From positions 6,368,001 to 6,432,000 of the forward strand of contig OZ250169.1 in assembly GCA_965237955.1 (NCBI GenBank): a stretch of 64,000 nucleotides of DNA, given 5' to 3'. Shown piece after piece: positions 31,635-41,687 of the stretch. Both the position numbers and the translations under genes were made by a program. Each line of letters starts with the position of its first letter. The stretch's first letter is position 1. Below the pieces are notes generated by a model that did not search any database, was not told the DNA's origin, and saw only the letters and a program-made list of their open reading frames with translations. Source of the DNA: Candidatus Marinacidobacterales bacterium (GTDB taxonomy: Bacteria; Acidobacteriota; Vicinamibacteria; Marinacidobacterales; SMYC01).

Positions 31635-32748
31635 GGCGTTGGTGCACGAATAGCTCTTGACTCCGGCAAGCGCTTCGACTCAGCTTCTCGATACATTGAA
31701 GATCGAGGAGATGAGCCGATGGCCGTGCGCAAGTCCACCAGAGTGAACCGTAAATACAAGACAAAGTATCGCGTGACCAACTGGCGGGAGTACGAGCGTG
31801 GCCTCAGGAGCCGTGGCGACATCACCGTTTGGTTCTCAGACGAGGCGCGCGAAGCGTGGACACCACCGAAGAACGGCCGCCCGGGTGGCCAGCCGCGCTA
31901 CTCGAATCTGGCAATCGTGACGGCGTTGACGTTGCGCATGGTCTTTCACCTTCCGCTCCGACAGACCGAGGGATTCCTCAACTCGTTGTTGCGGTTGATG
32001 GAGCTCGACCTGAAAGCACCGGACCACACCACGCTGTCGCGGCGGAACAAAGACGTCGACGTGCCTTCACCTAGCAGGGTGCTTGATGGCCCGATACATC
32101 TGATCGTCGATTCCACTGGACTGAAAATCTCGGGTGCCGGTGAGTGGCACGCCCACAGGCACAAGAGCTCGAAGGCGCGTCGACAATGGCGGAAGCTGCA
32201 CGTCGGCGTGGATGACGACGGCTTCATCGTGGCGGCGAAGCTCACGAAGAGCAGCGAGGACGATCCGTCCACTGTCCCGTGTCTGCTCGAACAGGTCGAC
32301 TCTCCGATCCGACGTTTCACAGCCGATGGGGCCTACGATACTCGGTCAGTGTACGAGCTGCTCGGTGAGGCCGGCACCGCGGACATCAAGATCGTGATCC
32401 CACCTCGACGAGGGGCGGTGCCTTCGGACGGCGCCGAGGGCACGTGGGCGCAGCGGAACGCGACCCTCGAGACGATTCGCAAAGTCGGGCGCCAAGGCTG
32501 GCAGCGGGAGTCACGGTATCGACGACAGGGCGCGGTCGAGAATCTTTTCTTCAGGTACAAGCGCACGCTCGGAAACAGCCTTCGTGCGCGAGGCTACGAA
32601 TCGCAGAAGCGGGAGGCAGGGATCGGGTGCAATGTATTGAACCGGATGGCTGAGCTGGGCAAGCCTGAATCCCAAGCGATCGTCGGGGGGTAAGTTGGGC
32701 CGCCAAAAGGTCCCGTGCGTGTCCCGAACTGATTCATGCACCAACGCG
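31635..32748 (+). mobile_element. IS5-family element type A, intact
   Basis: IRs GGCGTTGGTGCACGAA / TTCATGCACCAACGC. Confidence 0.92.
31719..32693 (+). CDS. IS5 (IS903-like) transposase
   Basis: IVDSTG, WRKLH, ADGAYD, AVENLFFRYK. Confidence 0.95.
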   Translation: MAVRKSTRVNRKYKTKYRVTNWREYERGLRSRGDITVWFSDEAREAWTPPKNGRPGGQPRYSNLAIVTALTLRMVFHLPLRQTEGFLNSLLRLMELDLKAPDHTTLSRRNKDVDVPSPSRVLDGPIHLIVDSTGLKISGAGEWHAHRHKSSKARRQWRKLHVGVDDDGFIVAAKLTKSSEDDPSTVPCLLEQVDSPIRRFTADGAYDTRSVYELLGEAGTADIKIVIPPRRGAVPSDGAEGTWAQRNATLETIRKVGRQGWQRESRYRRQGAVENLFFRYKRTLGNSLRARGYESQKREAGIGCNVLNRMAELGKPESQAIVGG

Positions 32749-32843
32749 CCGATATATCCGGGTGGGACGCTGAGCTTCTTAGCCGCGAATTAGCCGCGTC
32801 GTGCATGCGCTTTTCGGCGATGAGCCCGCGGTCTCGGGGGAGC

Positions 32844-35800
32844 TCACTGCTGAGGTTTCTTCCAGTGAGGGAGCCGTCCCGGGGTCCACGGAGCGCCAGC
32901 GGCGTCGAGCTTCGCTTCCAGCGTCCGAACGTCTTCCGCGATGAGGCGGCGCAGCTCCTCGAGCACGGGCTCGAACGCGTTGCCCGCGATCCTGAAGGCG
33001 GCCCGGTGCGTTTCGGTGGGGGCGGAAGTCGATCTCCAGTGACCCGAGACGATGCCTTGGACGCGCTCGACGATCGAAGGTGGTGTGGGCTCGCGCAGCG
33101 AGCGGATGGTCTTGTCCCCGTTGAGAGCGACGTCGATTTGGTAGAGACGATCTTCGAGACTCCGCGCTTCATCGAGAAGCGCCGTGTCGGCATCGGTGGA
33201 GAGCAGCAGGGCTTTCTCGATGTGCGCCAGGCGGTTCTCGGTCTCCTCGAGTGCGTGCGCCGCCCCGAGAACGGCGCGCTGGAGCGACGCCGTCTCCCGC
33301 TGAAATTTCACAAGCGCCACCCTGTCCTCGGCCGGGAGGCTGGCGGTACCAAGGGCCTCCGCTTCGAAGCGCCGCGGCTCGCCGAGCGGGATGATCTCCC
33401 CGTCGACGCGCTTCGACAGAGACACCGCGTAGGTTCCCGGCACCACCATGGGGCCCGCCGGGGGAGTCGCGAAGGGATTGTCGCTCTCTGGCTCCTCTAA
33501 GCGCGTGGGAAGCGAATCCGGAAACCGGAAATCCCACGTCACCCTGTGAAACCCTTCCGCCGTGGGGCCGCTCAGCCGGCGAACGACGGTTCCCTCGGCA
33601 TCGCGAACAGTCAGGTAGACGACCGGATCGTCCTCGCGCTCCTCGGCCCTCAGCTCGTCCCACGGAGGATAGCGGATCGTTCCTCCCTCGCCCTCGATGC
33701 GCTTCTCTTCCTCCCGGCGTTTCTTCTTTCGGGTCTGGAGCTCTTCCTTCAGGTAGTACGTAAGCACAGCGCCGACGGGCGGATTCTCCGCGGTGTAGTA
33801 CGAATCTCCCTGAAACGACTTGCCACGGAGGCCCAGCGGGCGCGCTTCCATGAACATCCACGATCGCTTCGGCTGGAAGAGGATGGCTTCCTCCTCGAGT
33901 GCTTCCGCGCTGACTCTACGAAGCGGAGAATAGTCGTCGAGGATATAGAAACCACGACCGAAAGTCCCGAGAACCAGGTCGTTTTCCCGGCGCTGGATGG
34001 TGAGATCGCGGACGGAGATGGTGGGCAGCCCACCCTCGAGTTTCGTCCAGCGACCCCCGCCGTCGACGGTTACGAACACACCGAACTCGGTCCCGGCGAA
34101 CAGGAGGTTCGGGTTCTCGTGGTCTTCGGCGAGGGCGTATACCGGACCATTGGCCGGAAGGTTGCCGGAGATCGACGACCAGCTCGCGCCTCTATCCGTG
34201 CTCCTGAACACGTAAGGCGCGAAGTCTCCCATTTTGTGGTTGTCGAAGCCGGCATAGACGATATTCTCGTCGCGGAGCGAAGCACCGAGGTGGCTCACGT
34301 AGGTTCGCTCGGGAACCTCTGGAGGAAGCTCGGTTCGCGCCCAGTGGCTTCCGGCGTCGTCCGTCACGTGGATGAGCCCGTCGTCCGTCCCCACGTAGAT
34401 CAAGCCCTCCTTCAGCGGCGACTCCGACAGCGAGACGATGTTGCCGTACTTCGACGTGTTGCGGTTCTTCCTCACCGCGTCCACACTCCACACTTTGCCC
34501 ATGACCTCGAGCTGGTTCCGATCGATCGCCGCCGTCAAGTCCGGGCTCACCGCCCGCCAGGAATTCCCCCGGTTGTCGCTGCGGAAGAGCCTGTTGGCAG
34601 CGAAGTACAACCGGGTGTGCGAGTGCGGGCTGATAATGAGGGGGGAGTCCCAGTTCCACTTGAGGCCATCCTCGCCCTCGCCCGGCTGCGGTTGGATGAA
34701 GATGGCTTCGCCGCTCTTGCGGTCGAATCGTACTAGACCGCCATGCTGAGATTGGGCGTACAGGATGTTGGGATCTTCAGGGTCCACCACGGTTTCGAAT
34801 CCGTCGCCGCTCCAGGTCACGAACCAGTCGGAGTTGACGATGCCGTGCGCGGACACCGTTCGCGAGGGTCCACCGAGGCTGAAGTTGTCCTGGGTGCCTC
34901 CGTAGACGTTGTAAAAAGGGAAATCGTTATCGACGCTGACCCGATAGAACTGGGTGAGGGGGAGGTTCGCCTTGAAGTGCCAGCTCGAGCCCCGATCGAA
35001 GCTTTCGTAGACGCCGCCGTCGCAACCGGCGAGGAGGTAATCCGTGTCCTCGGGGTCGATCCAGAGCGCGTGGTTGTCCACATGCTTGAACGTTTCGCCC
35101 ACCCGCGCGAAAGTCTTGCCCCCGTCCTCACTCACCATCATGTAGTTGTCCATGGAGTAGACCCGGTCGGGGTTTTTAGGGTCCGCCACCAGTTCCTGAT
35201 AGTACTGCGGGCTTCCGCTGACATGCGGGTTTCGCTTCTCCCAGTTGGAGCCGGCATCGATCGAACGATAGACGCCGAAGGCGTCGGCTTCGGCTTCGAT
35301 GATCGCGTAGACGACGTCCGGATTGGCAGGCGATTGGGCGAGACCGATCCGTCCCACATCGCCCTTGGGAAGACCACGAGTGAGCTTCTCCCAGTTTTCA
35401 CCGCCATCGGTCGTCTTGTAAAGGGCCGACTCCGGACCTCCGTCGATGAGCGTCCAAACGTGTCGCCGCCTTTGGTAGGACGCGGCAACGAGAACGTCCG
35501 GGTCGCGCGGATCCATGACGAAGTCCGTCACCCCCGTGTTCTCGCTGATCTCGAGCACCAGGGTCCACGTTTCTCCGCCATCCGCAGTCTTGTAGAGCCC
35601 CCGCTCCCCGCCCGCACGCCAGAGCGGCCCCTGGGAGGCCACGTAGACGGTGTCGGAGTCCCGCGGGTCCACCAGAATCTTGGCGATGTGCTCGGAGCTC
35701 TGAAGGCCCATGTTCTTCCAGCTCTTGCCCCCGTCTACGGACTTGTAGACGCCGTCGCCGTAAGAGACGCTCCTCTGGCTGTTGTTCTCACCGGTTCCCA

Positions 35801-36125
35801 CCCACACCACCAACGGGTTGTTCGGATCGATGCGGATGCAGCCGATGGAGAACGAAGACTGGTCGTCGAAGATCGGGGTCCAGGTCGTTCCCGAGTTCTC
35901 CGTTTTCCAGACTCCTCCGGAAGCGGCGGCCACGTAGTAGATCTTGCGGTTGTCGGGATGAACGGCGATGTCGACCACCCGTCCCGACGTGACTGCGGGA
36001 CCGATCGATCGAAAGCGAAGCCCGCTGAAAGTCTCGCTCGTCAGCCGGTCGTCCGATTCCTGAGCCGCGGCGGCGAGGCAAGCGAGCGCCAGGACGAACA
36101 GCGCGAATGAGCTTCGTTTCAACAT
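32844..36125 (-). CDS. Secreted VPS10/BNR-repeat glycosyl hydrolase-like protein
   Basis: Signal peptide, FRSIGPA, repeated S/TxDGGxxW Asp-boxes, YGGTQDN. Confidence 0.93.
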   Translation of the reverse strand: MLKRSSFALFVLALACLAAAAQESDDRLTSETFSGLRFRSIGPAVTSGRVVDIAVHPDNRKIYYVAAASGGVWKTENSGTTWTPIFDDQSSFSIGCIRIDPNNPLVVWVGTGENNSQRSVSYGDGVYKSVDGGKSWKNMGLQSSEHIAKILVDPRDSDTVYVASQGPLWRAGGERGLYKTADGGETWTLVLEISENTGVTDFVMDPRDPDVLVAASYQRRRHVWTLIDGGPESALYKTTDGGENWEKLTRGLPKGDVGRIGLAQSPANPDVVYAIIEAEADAFGVYRSIDAGSNWEKRNPHVSGSPQYYQELVADPKNPDRVYSMDNYMMVSEDGGKTFARVGETFKHVDNHALWIDPEDTDYLLAGCDGGVYESFDRGSSWHFKANLPLTQFYRVSVDNDFPFYNVYGGTQDNFSLGGPSRTVSAHGIVNSDWFVTWSGDGFETVVDPEDPNILYAQSQHGGLVRFDRKSGEAIFIQPQPGEGEDGLKWNWDSPLIISPHSHTRLYFAANRLFRSDNRGNSWRAVSPDLTAAIDRNQLEVMGKVWSVDAVRKNRNTSKYGNIVSLSESPLKEGLIYVGTDDGLIHVTDDAGSHWARTELPPEVPERTYVSHLGASLRDENIVYAGFDNHKMGDFAPYVFRSTDRGASWSSISGNLPANGPVYALAEDHENPNLLFAGTEFGVFVTVDGGGRWTKLEGGLPTISVRDLTIQRRENDLVLGTFGRGFYILDDYSPLRRVSAEALEEEAILFQPKRSWMFMEARPLGLRGKSFQGDSYYTAENPPVGAVLTYYLKEELQTRKKKRREEEKRIEGEGGTIRYPPWDELRAEEREDDPVVYLTVRDAEGTVVRRLSGPTAEGFHRVTWDFRFPDSLPTRLEEPESDNPFATPPAGPMVVPGTYAVSLSKRVDGEIIPLGEPRRFEAEALGTASLPAEDRVALVKFQRETASLQRAVLGAAHALEETENRLAHIEKALLLSTDADTALLDEARSLEDRLYQIDVALNGDKTIRSLREPTPPSIVERVQGIVSGHWRSTSAPTETHRAAFRIAGNAFEPVLEELRRLIAEDVRTLEAKLDAAGAPWTPGRLPHWKKPQQ

Positions 36126-36155
36126 AGGGGAGATTATAGAGGAGTGGCCTTTAGT

Positions 36156-37289
36156 AAGGATAGTCAATTTCAAGTCGCTCCCGCGTGCCTGCGGCGCGAT
36201 TATTCGCCTAAGGATGATCTGTTCAGCCTCGTAGGCGGTGTCGAGGTTAGCAGTCGTCGATGAAGAGGCTGGCGCCGGGGGATGGAGCTTCAGATTGAGT
36301 TATGTGTTGGCGAGAAGACGAACGAGTGGCGCGGCGTGCCGGCGTCGCGGCACAAGGGAGTGGCGAAATCGGCGATTAGTGTTTTGGAGGAGCGCGGGAG
36401 TTGCGGTGTCGCTTATGCAAATGGTCGAGCAATTTTTCGAATGACTTTGTGGTCGGTAATAAAGCCGATCACACGCAGGGTCCCACCGCACTCACATTTC
36501 AAAGGATCGACTCGATAGACCCGTTTGATGAGCCGCGCCCAACTTTTTCTGAGAGCGGCGCGCTTTTTTTGGCGAGAGCTCGGGTTCGGTCTTGGATTTT
36601 GAGCTGTTGTTGTCACCGAGGGATTGAAGGGAAATGCCGTGCTTTTTCTGGAAAACCAGTGTCCTCGAAGCGTAGGCGCCAAAGTAGTGAACGCCATGTT
36701 TTCGAGGCTCTGAATCGTCCGCATTCGGGCTCCTTCGAGGGTATGAGATGTTGCGGGGCCCCTTCGAAGGTCTACCCACCGCAAAAATCTGGGTGAGGAC
36801 TCGGGCGATGAACTCGAAAATGTCGAGGCTCTCGCCTTGGGGATGGGAAAGCAAAGTGTCGTCATGGGAGCCTTTGCTCTCGTAGAACAGAGTCTTGGAA
36901 CCGGGCGTCCAGTGAATGCGTGAGAGGCTGACGGGGCACCGCAATAAGTACCGGCAAAGCCTTTCGAGCCCCTGTGTGTCTTGCGGCCAAACGGTGGGAG
37001 AGGTGTCGACGGAAAAACCGCTATTTCGAAACGAGAGGAGCAAGTTCATGCGTGCGTCGCTCAAGAGGTCTTTACTCTTGAGCAAGCGAAATATTTTGTG
37101 AGCAAACAACTTCTCGGCGACGTTGGTATCGATATAGGGGACAGGCAGCCACTGACCTTTCTCGTCCCAGACCCCGCGAGAGGCGAGGCAATGAGCATGC
37201 GGATGTACGTTTAAAACACTTCCAAATGTTTGCGGTACGGCAACCACCCCGGGACGGGCTTTGTGGTCACCGGTGGCTTCGCTCATCAA
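36156..37289 (-). mobile_element. IS91-like (Y2/HUH) element remnant, copy 1
   Basis: HPHAH (HUH), SGFSVD, HYFGAY, C-terminal DPLKCECGG; N-terminus missing; frameshift at T7 run; ends GAAATTGACTATCCTT. Confidence 0.85.
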
Positions 37290-37444
37290 CTCGTTGATGG
37301 TCTCATAACCAAGGCGAACGGCTTATGCTTGATCTTGGGAGTTTTCGGGTCTAGCGTAGCTGAACCGTCCGGACAGGGAGGCGAGAACAATGAAAAACAA
37401 GACGTTTTGGATAGGCTTTGTGGTTGTTTACGTGGCGATGCAGG

Positions 37445-38889
37445 GGAGGTGCCCCCACCATAGTTGAAGGTTCGAGGTGGTGGCGGCTCCTGACACATGG
37501 TTTACCCGACTTTGGCGTGCTTGTCGAGCGCTTGATTCTCAGTGACCTCCGCTAACTTCGCTTCGAGGATCGGTAGCGATTGGTATCCAATGATACGACG
37601 GAAATTTTTCTCCGTGGCGAGCAGAGCCGAAGCGGCCCATCTCAGAACCATCTTGCCATTGCGCCAGCGGGTGACGCGACGGGTACGACCTCGCGCACCG
37701 CTGAAGCACGACTCGATGATGTTCGTCGATCCAAGGCAGCGTTTCAGAGATGCGGGGAGGTCGAGCTCGTTGATGGTGAACATCTCGTCGAGCCCCTCCC
37801 GGATGCTCTCCGCCGCCGAGGGGTAGTCGTCCTCGAGCCACTTCGCCTGTTGCTCCAACCGCGCTTTGCCCTTCTTTGCTGGGAGCTGCCAGGCCGAACG
37901 CAGGCTCGCTTGCACTTGCGGCTTCAGCTCCTGCGGCAGATAACCGAGCACATTGCGCTCCTTGTGCTTCCTGCAACGCTGGACCTTGTTGTGGGTACCG
38001 AACACAGCGTCGACGGCGAGCCGTAGCGCCTTGGAGCCATCGATCACGAACAGCCGACACCGCTCTGGGCTCAGGCCTCGTTCGACCAGGTCCTCCAGCA
38101 GCGCCTTGCACACTATCTGGTTCTCCGATGCTCCATCCCGAAGCCCCAGAACATGCTTGTATCCCTCTGTATCTACGCCGATTGCCGCCAGCGCGTGGTG
38201 CACGCCGAAGCGAATCCCGTCCAGGTACACGACCGCGATCTCCAGCTCGTCCAGCGGACGCTCCATCAGCCCCTGCAACTGCTCCGCGCTTGCTTCCACG
38301 AACTCACGGCTCACCTCGCTCTTGCTAACCCCTACCGTCTCCGCCATCTCGGGAAGAACCGACGCGTACTTGCGCGTCGACACACCCAGCATCAGGATTT
38401 CCCAGATGCGTTGGCTCAGCCGAGACGAGTTGTTCACCGCTTCGTAGGCAGGAATCGCAACCTCCCCTCCCTCTGCCTTTCCCTTACGCCGCAGACGTGG
38501 CCGGCTCACTCTCAACTTCCGCTCCGCAAGGCTTACTACGCCACCCTGCCGGCCGTGCCAGCGAACATCGCTACCCTTCTTCCCCGGGTGTTTCTCCCCA
38601 GCCACACTTTGGGCTGACAGATCCAAGACCGCTTCGATCGTCGCTCGGCCAGCAACGTCGATCACTTCGTCGATCGCTATCTCGGTTCGCTCAATCGCAT
38701 CCAAGAACGGCAACAGAGCTTGCCCCTTCGAGCTCAGTATCTCTCGAAGCTTCTTCCTGTTCTTCGCATCGATGATTTGGTAATTTGACATCGTGGTGGC
38801 TCCTTTCTTTTTCCTTCACAGCCGGATTCTATCGAACCCGGCCTTAGGAGCCGCCACTCCTAACCTTCAACTATCTCAGGGGCATCTCC
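37445..38889 (-). mobile_element. IS256-family element copy 2 (1445 bp)
   Basis: Same IRs as copy 1; flanks differ (GATGCAGG / GGTCCCGG), so no TSD. Confidence 0.93.
37502..38791 (-). CDS. IS256 transposase
   Basis: Near-identical to 12748-14037. Confidence 0.95.
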   Translation of the reverse strand: MSNYQIIDAKNRKKLREILSSKGQALLPFLDAIERTEIAIDEVIDVAGRATIEAVLDLSAQSVAGEKHPGKKGSDVRWHGRQGGVVSLAERKLRVSRPRLRRKGKAEGGEVAIPAYEAVNNSSRLSQRIWEILMLGVSTRKYASVLPEMAETVGVSKSEVSREFVEASAEQLQGLMERPLDELEIAVVYLDGIRFGVHHALAAIGVDTEGYKHVLGLRDGASENQIVCKALLEDLVERGLSPERCRLFVIDGSKALRLAVDAVFGTHNKVQRCRKHKERNVLGYLPQELKPQVQASLRSAWQLPAKKGKARLEQQAKWLEDDYPSAAESIREGLDEMFTINELDLPASLKRCLGSTNIIESCFSGARGRTRRVTRWRNGKMVLRWAASALLATEKNFRRIIGYQSLPILEAKLAEVTENQALDKHAKVG

Positions 38890-39092
38890 GGTCCCGGCCG
38901 ACGTGGCAACAATTTGGCTCATCAGCGGCTTGGTTTCGTTTATCGTCGCCGGCGCGCTATTTGCGGCGATTTACAAGCCTGAGACCGCGAGTCAGCAATA
39001 AGGGATTATCGGGTAGGCTGTGACCGAACCGAAAAGGCAGTCCGGTCACGGGCGCCCGCACACTTGACTCCTCAAACGAAAGGCGGCGGCAA

Positions 39093-40001
39093 ATGAACTC
39101 CCATACCTTCCTTACAGTCTTCGGAGCGCTGGCGCTCAGCCTCGTCGCCTGTGCCCCGGCCGACGAAGCAACGCCACCTGCGGAAGGTGCGGGCGCAAGC
39201 GGGCTGGAAAGCAGGCTTGGAGAAGGCCTCCTGTTTCACGCGTCCTTCGATCACGGTCCAGACGCGGACTTTGCTCGCGGTGACGACGTGCTCTACACGG
39301 CGCCGTCTTACGATGAGCTTGATCGGGCGAGACCGGGCATCGGCAATCCGGACGTTACGATCACGGCCGGTGCGGGTCGTTTCGGCGATGCGCTTCAGTT
39401 CGCCAGAAAGAACGTCCACGCTATCTTCTATCGCGCCCCGGGAAATACGCCTTACACGACGTCCGAATGGTCCGGAACCGTCTCGTTTTGGCTGAGCCTC
39501 GATCCCGCGGTCGATCTGGAGCCAGGCTTCTGCGATCCCATTCAGCTCACCGACTCGGCCTATAACGACGCCGCGATCTGGGTCGACTTCATCGGCGAGA
39601 ACGCCCGCCAGTTTCGGCTCGGGATCTTCGGTGACTTGAGCGAGTGGAATCCGGACGAACTCTCTCCCAACGACAATCCGTTTTTCACGGATCGTCTGAT
39701 CGCGGTCGACGAACCGCCGTTCGAGAGCGGCCAGTGGACCCACGTAGCCATCACCTTTTCGGGAATCAATACGGCATCGGGCGGAACGGCAAACCTCTAT
39801 CTGAACGGCTCCGCCCGGCCCAAGACCATGGAGGGACTGAACGAGTCCTTCACTTGGGACGCGTCTCGCGGCGAGGTCCGCCTGGGCATCAACTACGTGG
39901 GGCTCTTCGACGAGCTCTCCATCTTCGACCGCTCCTTGAGCGCGGACGAGGTGGGTGAGCTCTATCGGCTGGAGGCGGGCGTTGCTTCACTCCACCCGTA
40001 G
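39093..40001 (+). CDS. LamG / concanavalin A-like lipoprotein
   Basis: Lipobox LVAC; GTVSFW, WTHVAIT, LYLNG, FDELSIFDRSLS. Confidence 0.85.
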   Translation: MNSHTFLTVFGALALSLVACAPADEATPPAEGAGASGLESRLGEGLLFHASFDHGPDADFARGDDVLYTAPSYDELDRARPGIGNPDVTITAGAGRFGDALQFARKNVHAIFYRAPGNTPYTTSEWSGTVSFWLSLDPAVDLEPGFCDPIQLTDSAYNDAAIWVDFIGENARQFRLGIFGDLSEWNPDELSPNDNPFFTDRLIAVDEPPFESGQWTHVAITFSGINTASGGTANLYLNGSARPKTMEGLNESFTWDASRGEVRLGINYVGLFDELSIFDRSLSADEVGELYRLEAGVASLHP

Positions 40002-40026
40002 CTCAGTCGGCCGCAATCAAAGTAGC

Positions 40027-41571
40027 CTACAACGCAGGCTTGCGTTCAATCTTGAAGGTGAAAGCATGCTCGCAAGGTTTTTTGTCCGGGGTTTTGATAG
40101 TAAGGCCGTCTTCAGTCATCGTCCATTCCAGTTCTTCATCAACACCAAGCATCTTTATGGATTCGATCTCTGATTCATGTAGTCTAAATGCTTCGCCAGG
40201 CAGTAATCCAACGCCAGCCAGGAACTTGATTGTAACCTCATCTCCTGGCCAATCGAGACTAATCGCATAGATGACGTTATCCTTAACAGTAAACCTGATA
40301 TCCTGACCTGTATGTGGGACTTTCTTCCTCTTCTGGGTAGTATCCGCAACCTTAGGAGCCCACTTCCAAACAAGATCCGACATAGCTGAAGGACCTTCTC
40401 CATGTCTTATCCAAGCCGTGGTACCGTAAATCGCTTCACCGTTTACCTTCAGCCATTCGCCCATACCCAGCAGACGTTTCCTAGCCTCTTCAGGGATCGT
40501 TCCATCAGGTTTGGGACCAACATTGAGCAAAAGGAACCCATTCATGCTGACTCTATCCACGAGATCATCCACCAACGTATTTACCGATCTGAATTTTGCA
40601 TCCTTAGTGTAAGACCATACGGGTGGGTCATCTACAGAGGGAGCCGACATCCACGTATGATATGTCAGCTGCTTTTTTCCCCCTGAGTTCTCGAGACCAA
40701 CGCCGGGCGGAAAATCATGAACTTTATACGATACTAAGACTTCCTTGCCACGTTCAACGGATTTGTTGTAGTAGTAGGCTAGAAAGTTCTTTTGATAAAC
40801 ATCTTTCCTTATTCCCTCCAGAGGAGAGTCAAACCATATAAAGTCGGGATCATATTTATCGATAACTTCTATTAGTTTTCCGTACCATTCATCTAAGAAC
40901 TCCTTGTTGGGCTCGTCTCCTTTCTCGTGAATCTGGCCGTATAACCCTGAATACTTCGGATCGGAACAGTCAAATCTCTCGTCCCATACCGGAAAGAAAG
41001 TCCAGTTCGTGGAATGGTGGAATGTAGTTACGAACTTCATGTTGCGTTTCTTGATGGCTTTTTCTAACTCCCCGACAACATCTCTTTTCGGCCCCATCTT
41101 CGCAGCATTCCATTCTGAGTACTTGGTATCCCACATTGCGAAGCCATCGTGGTGTTCTGCGACTGGACCAGCGAATTTTGCGCCAGCCTTTTCGAAAAGC
41201 TCTGCCCATTCGTCAGCATCGAACTTCTCCGCCTTAAACATAGGAATAAATTCCTTGTATCCGAATTCCGAGAGAGGACCGTATGTTGCTACGTGGTGTT
41301 TGTGCTGTTCGGAATCTTCACTCGAATAAATAAAATAGGGATACCAGGTGCCATCGGGACCCATGGCAGGTACCGAATAAACTCCCCAATGTGTATAAAT
41401 TCCAAACTTGCCATCTTGTACCCACTGCGGGACTGGATAGCGTTTTAGAGATCTCCAGGTAGGCTTGTAGGATTCCTCGGCCATAGAGCCATTCTTGCAG
41501 CTGGCAAGCGAACCAGCTGTCATTATCACTACCATCGATATCCCGGCCAATAGAATCGACTTTTTAAACAT
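40027..41571 (-). CDS. Alpha-L-fucosidase (GH29)
   Basis: KFGIYTHWGVYSVP, AEHHDGFAMW, IWFD, LLNVGPKPDG, WLKVNGEAIYGT. Confidence 0.95.
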   Translation of the reverse strand: MFKKSILLAGISMVVIMTAGSLASCKNGSMAEESYKPTWRSLKRYPVPQWVQDGKFGIYTHWGVYSVPAMGPDGTWYPYFIYSSEDSEQHKHHVATYGPLSEFGYKEFIPMFKAEKFDADEWAELFEKAGAKFAGPVAEHHDGFAMWDTKYSEWNAAKMGPKRDVVGELEKAIKKRNMKFVTTFHHSTNWTFFPVWDERFDCSDPKYSGLYGQIHEKGDEPNKEFLDEWYGKLIEVIDKYDPDFIWFDSPLEGIRKDVYQKNFLAYYYNKSVERGKEVLVSYKVHDFPPGVGLENSGGKKQLTYHTWMSAPSVDDPPVWSYTKDAKFRSVNTLVDDLVDRVSMNGFLLLNVGPKPDGTIPEEARKRLLGMGEWLKVNGEAIYGTTAWIRHGEGPSAMSDLVWKWAPKVADTTQKRKKVPHTGQDIRFTVKDNVIYAISLDWPGDEVTIKFLAGVGLLPGEAFRLHESEIESIKMLGVDEELEWTMTEDGLTIKTPDKKPCEHAFTFKIERKPAL

Positions 41572-41687
41572 TTCTTCCTCCTATGTGTTTCCGAGCGGTC
41601 GCATTGGCCGCTTTCCTCCACGACGAAGTCTTCGCGATCGCCAGCGAACGCGCCGCGTACTTGACGTCAGAGCGAAAACTCGGGCGA

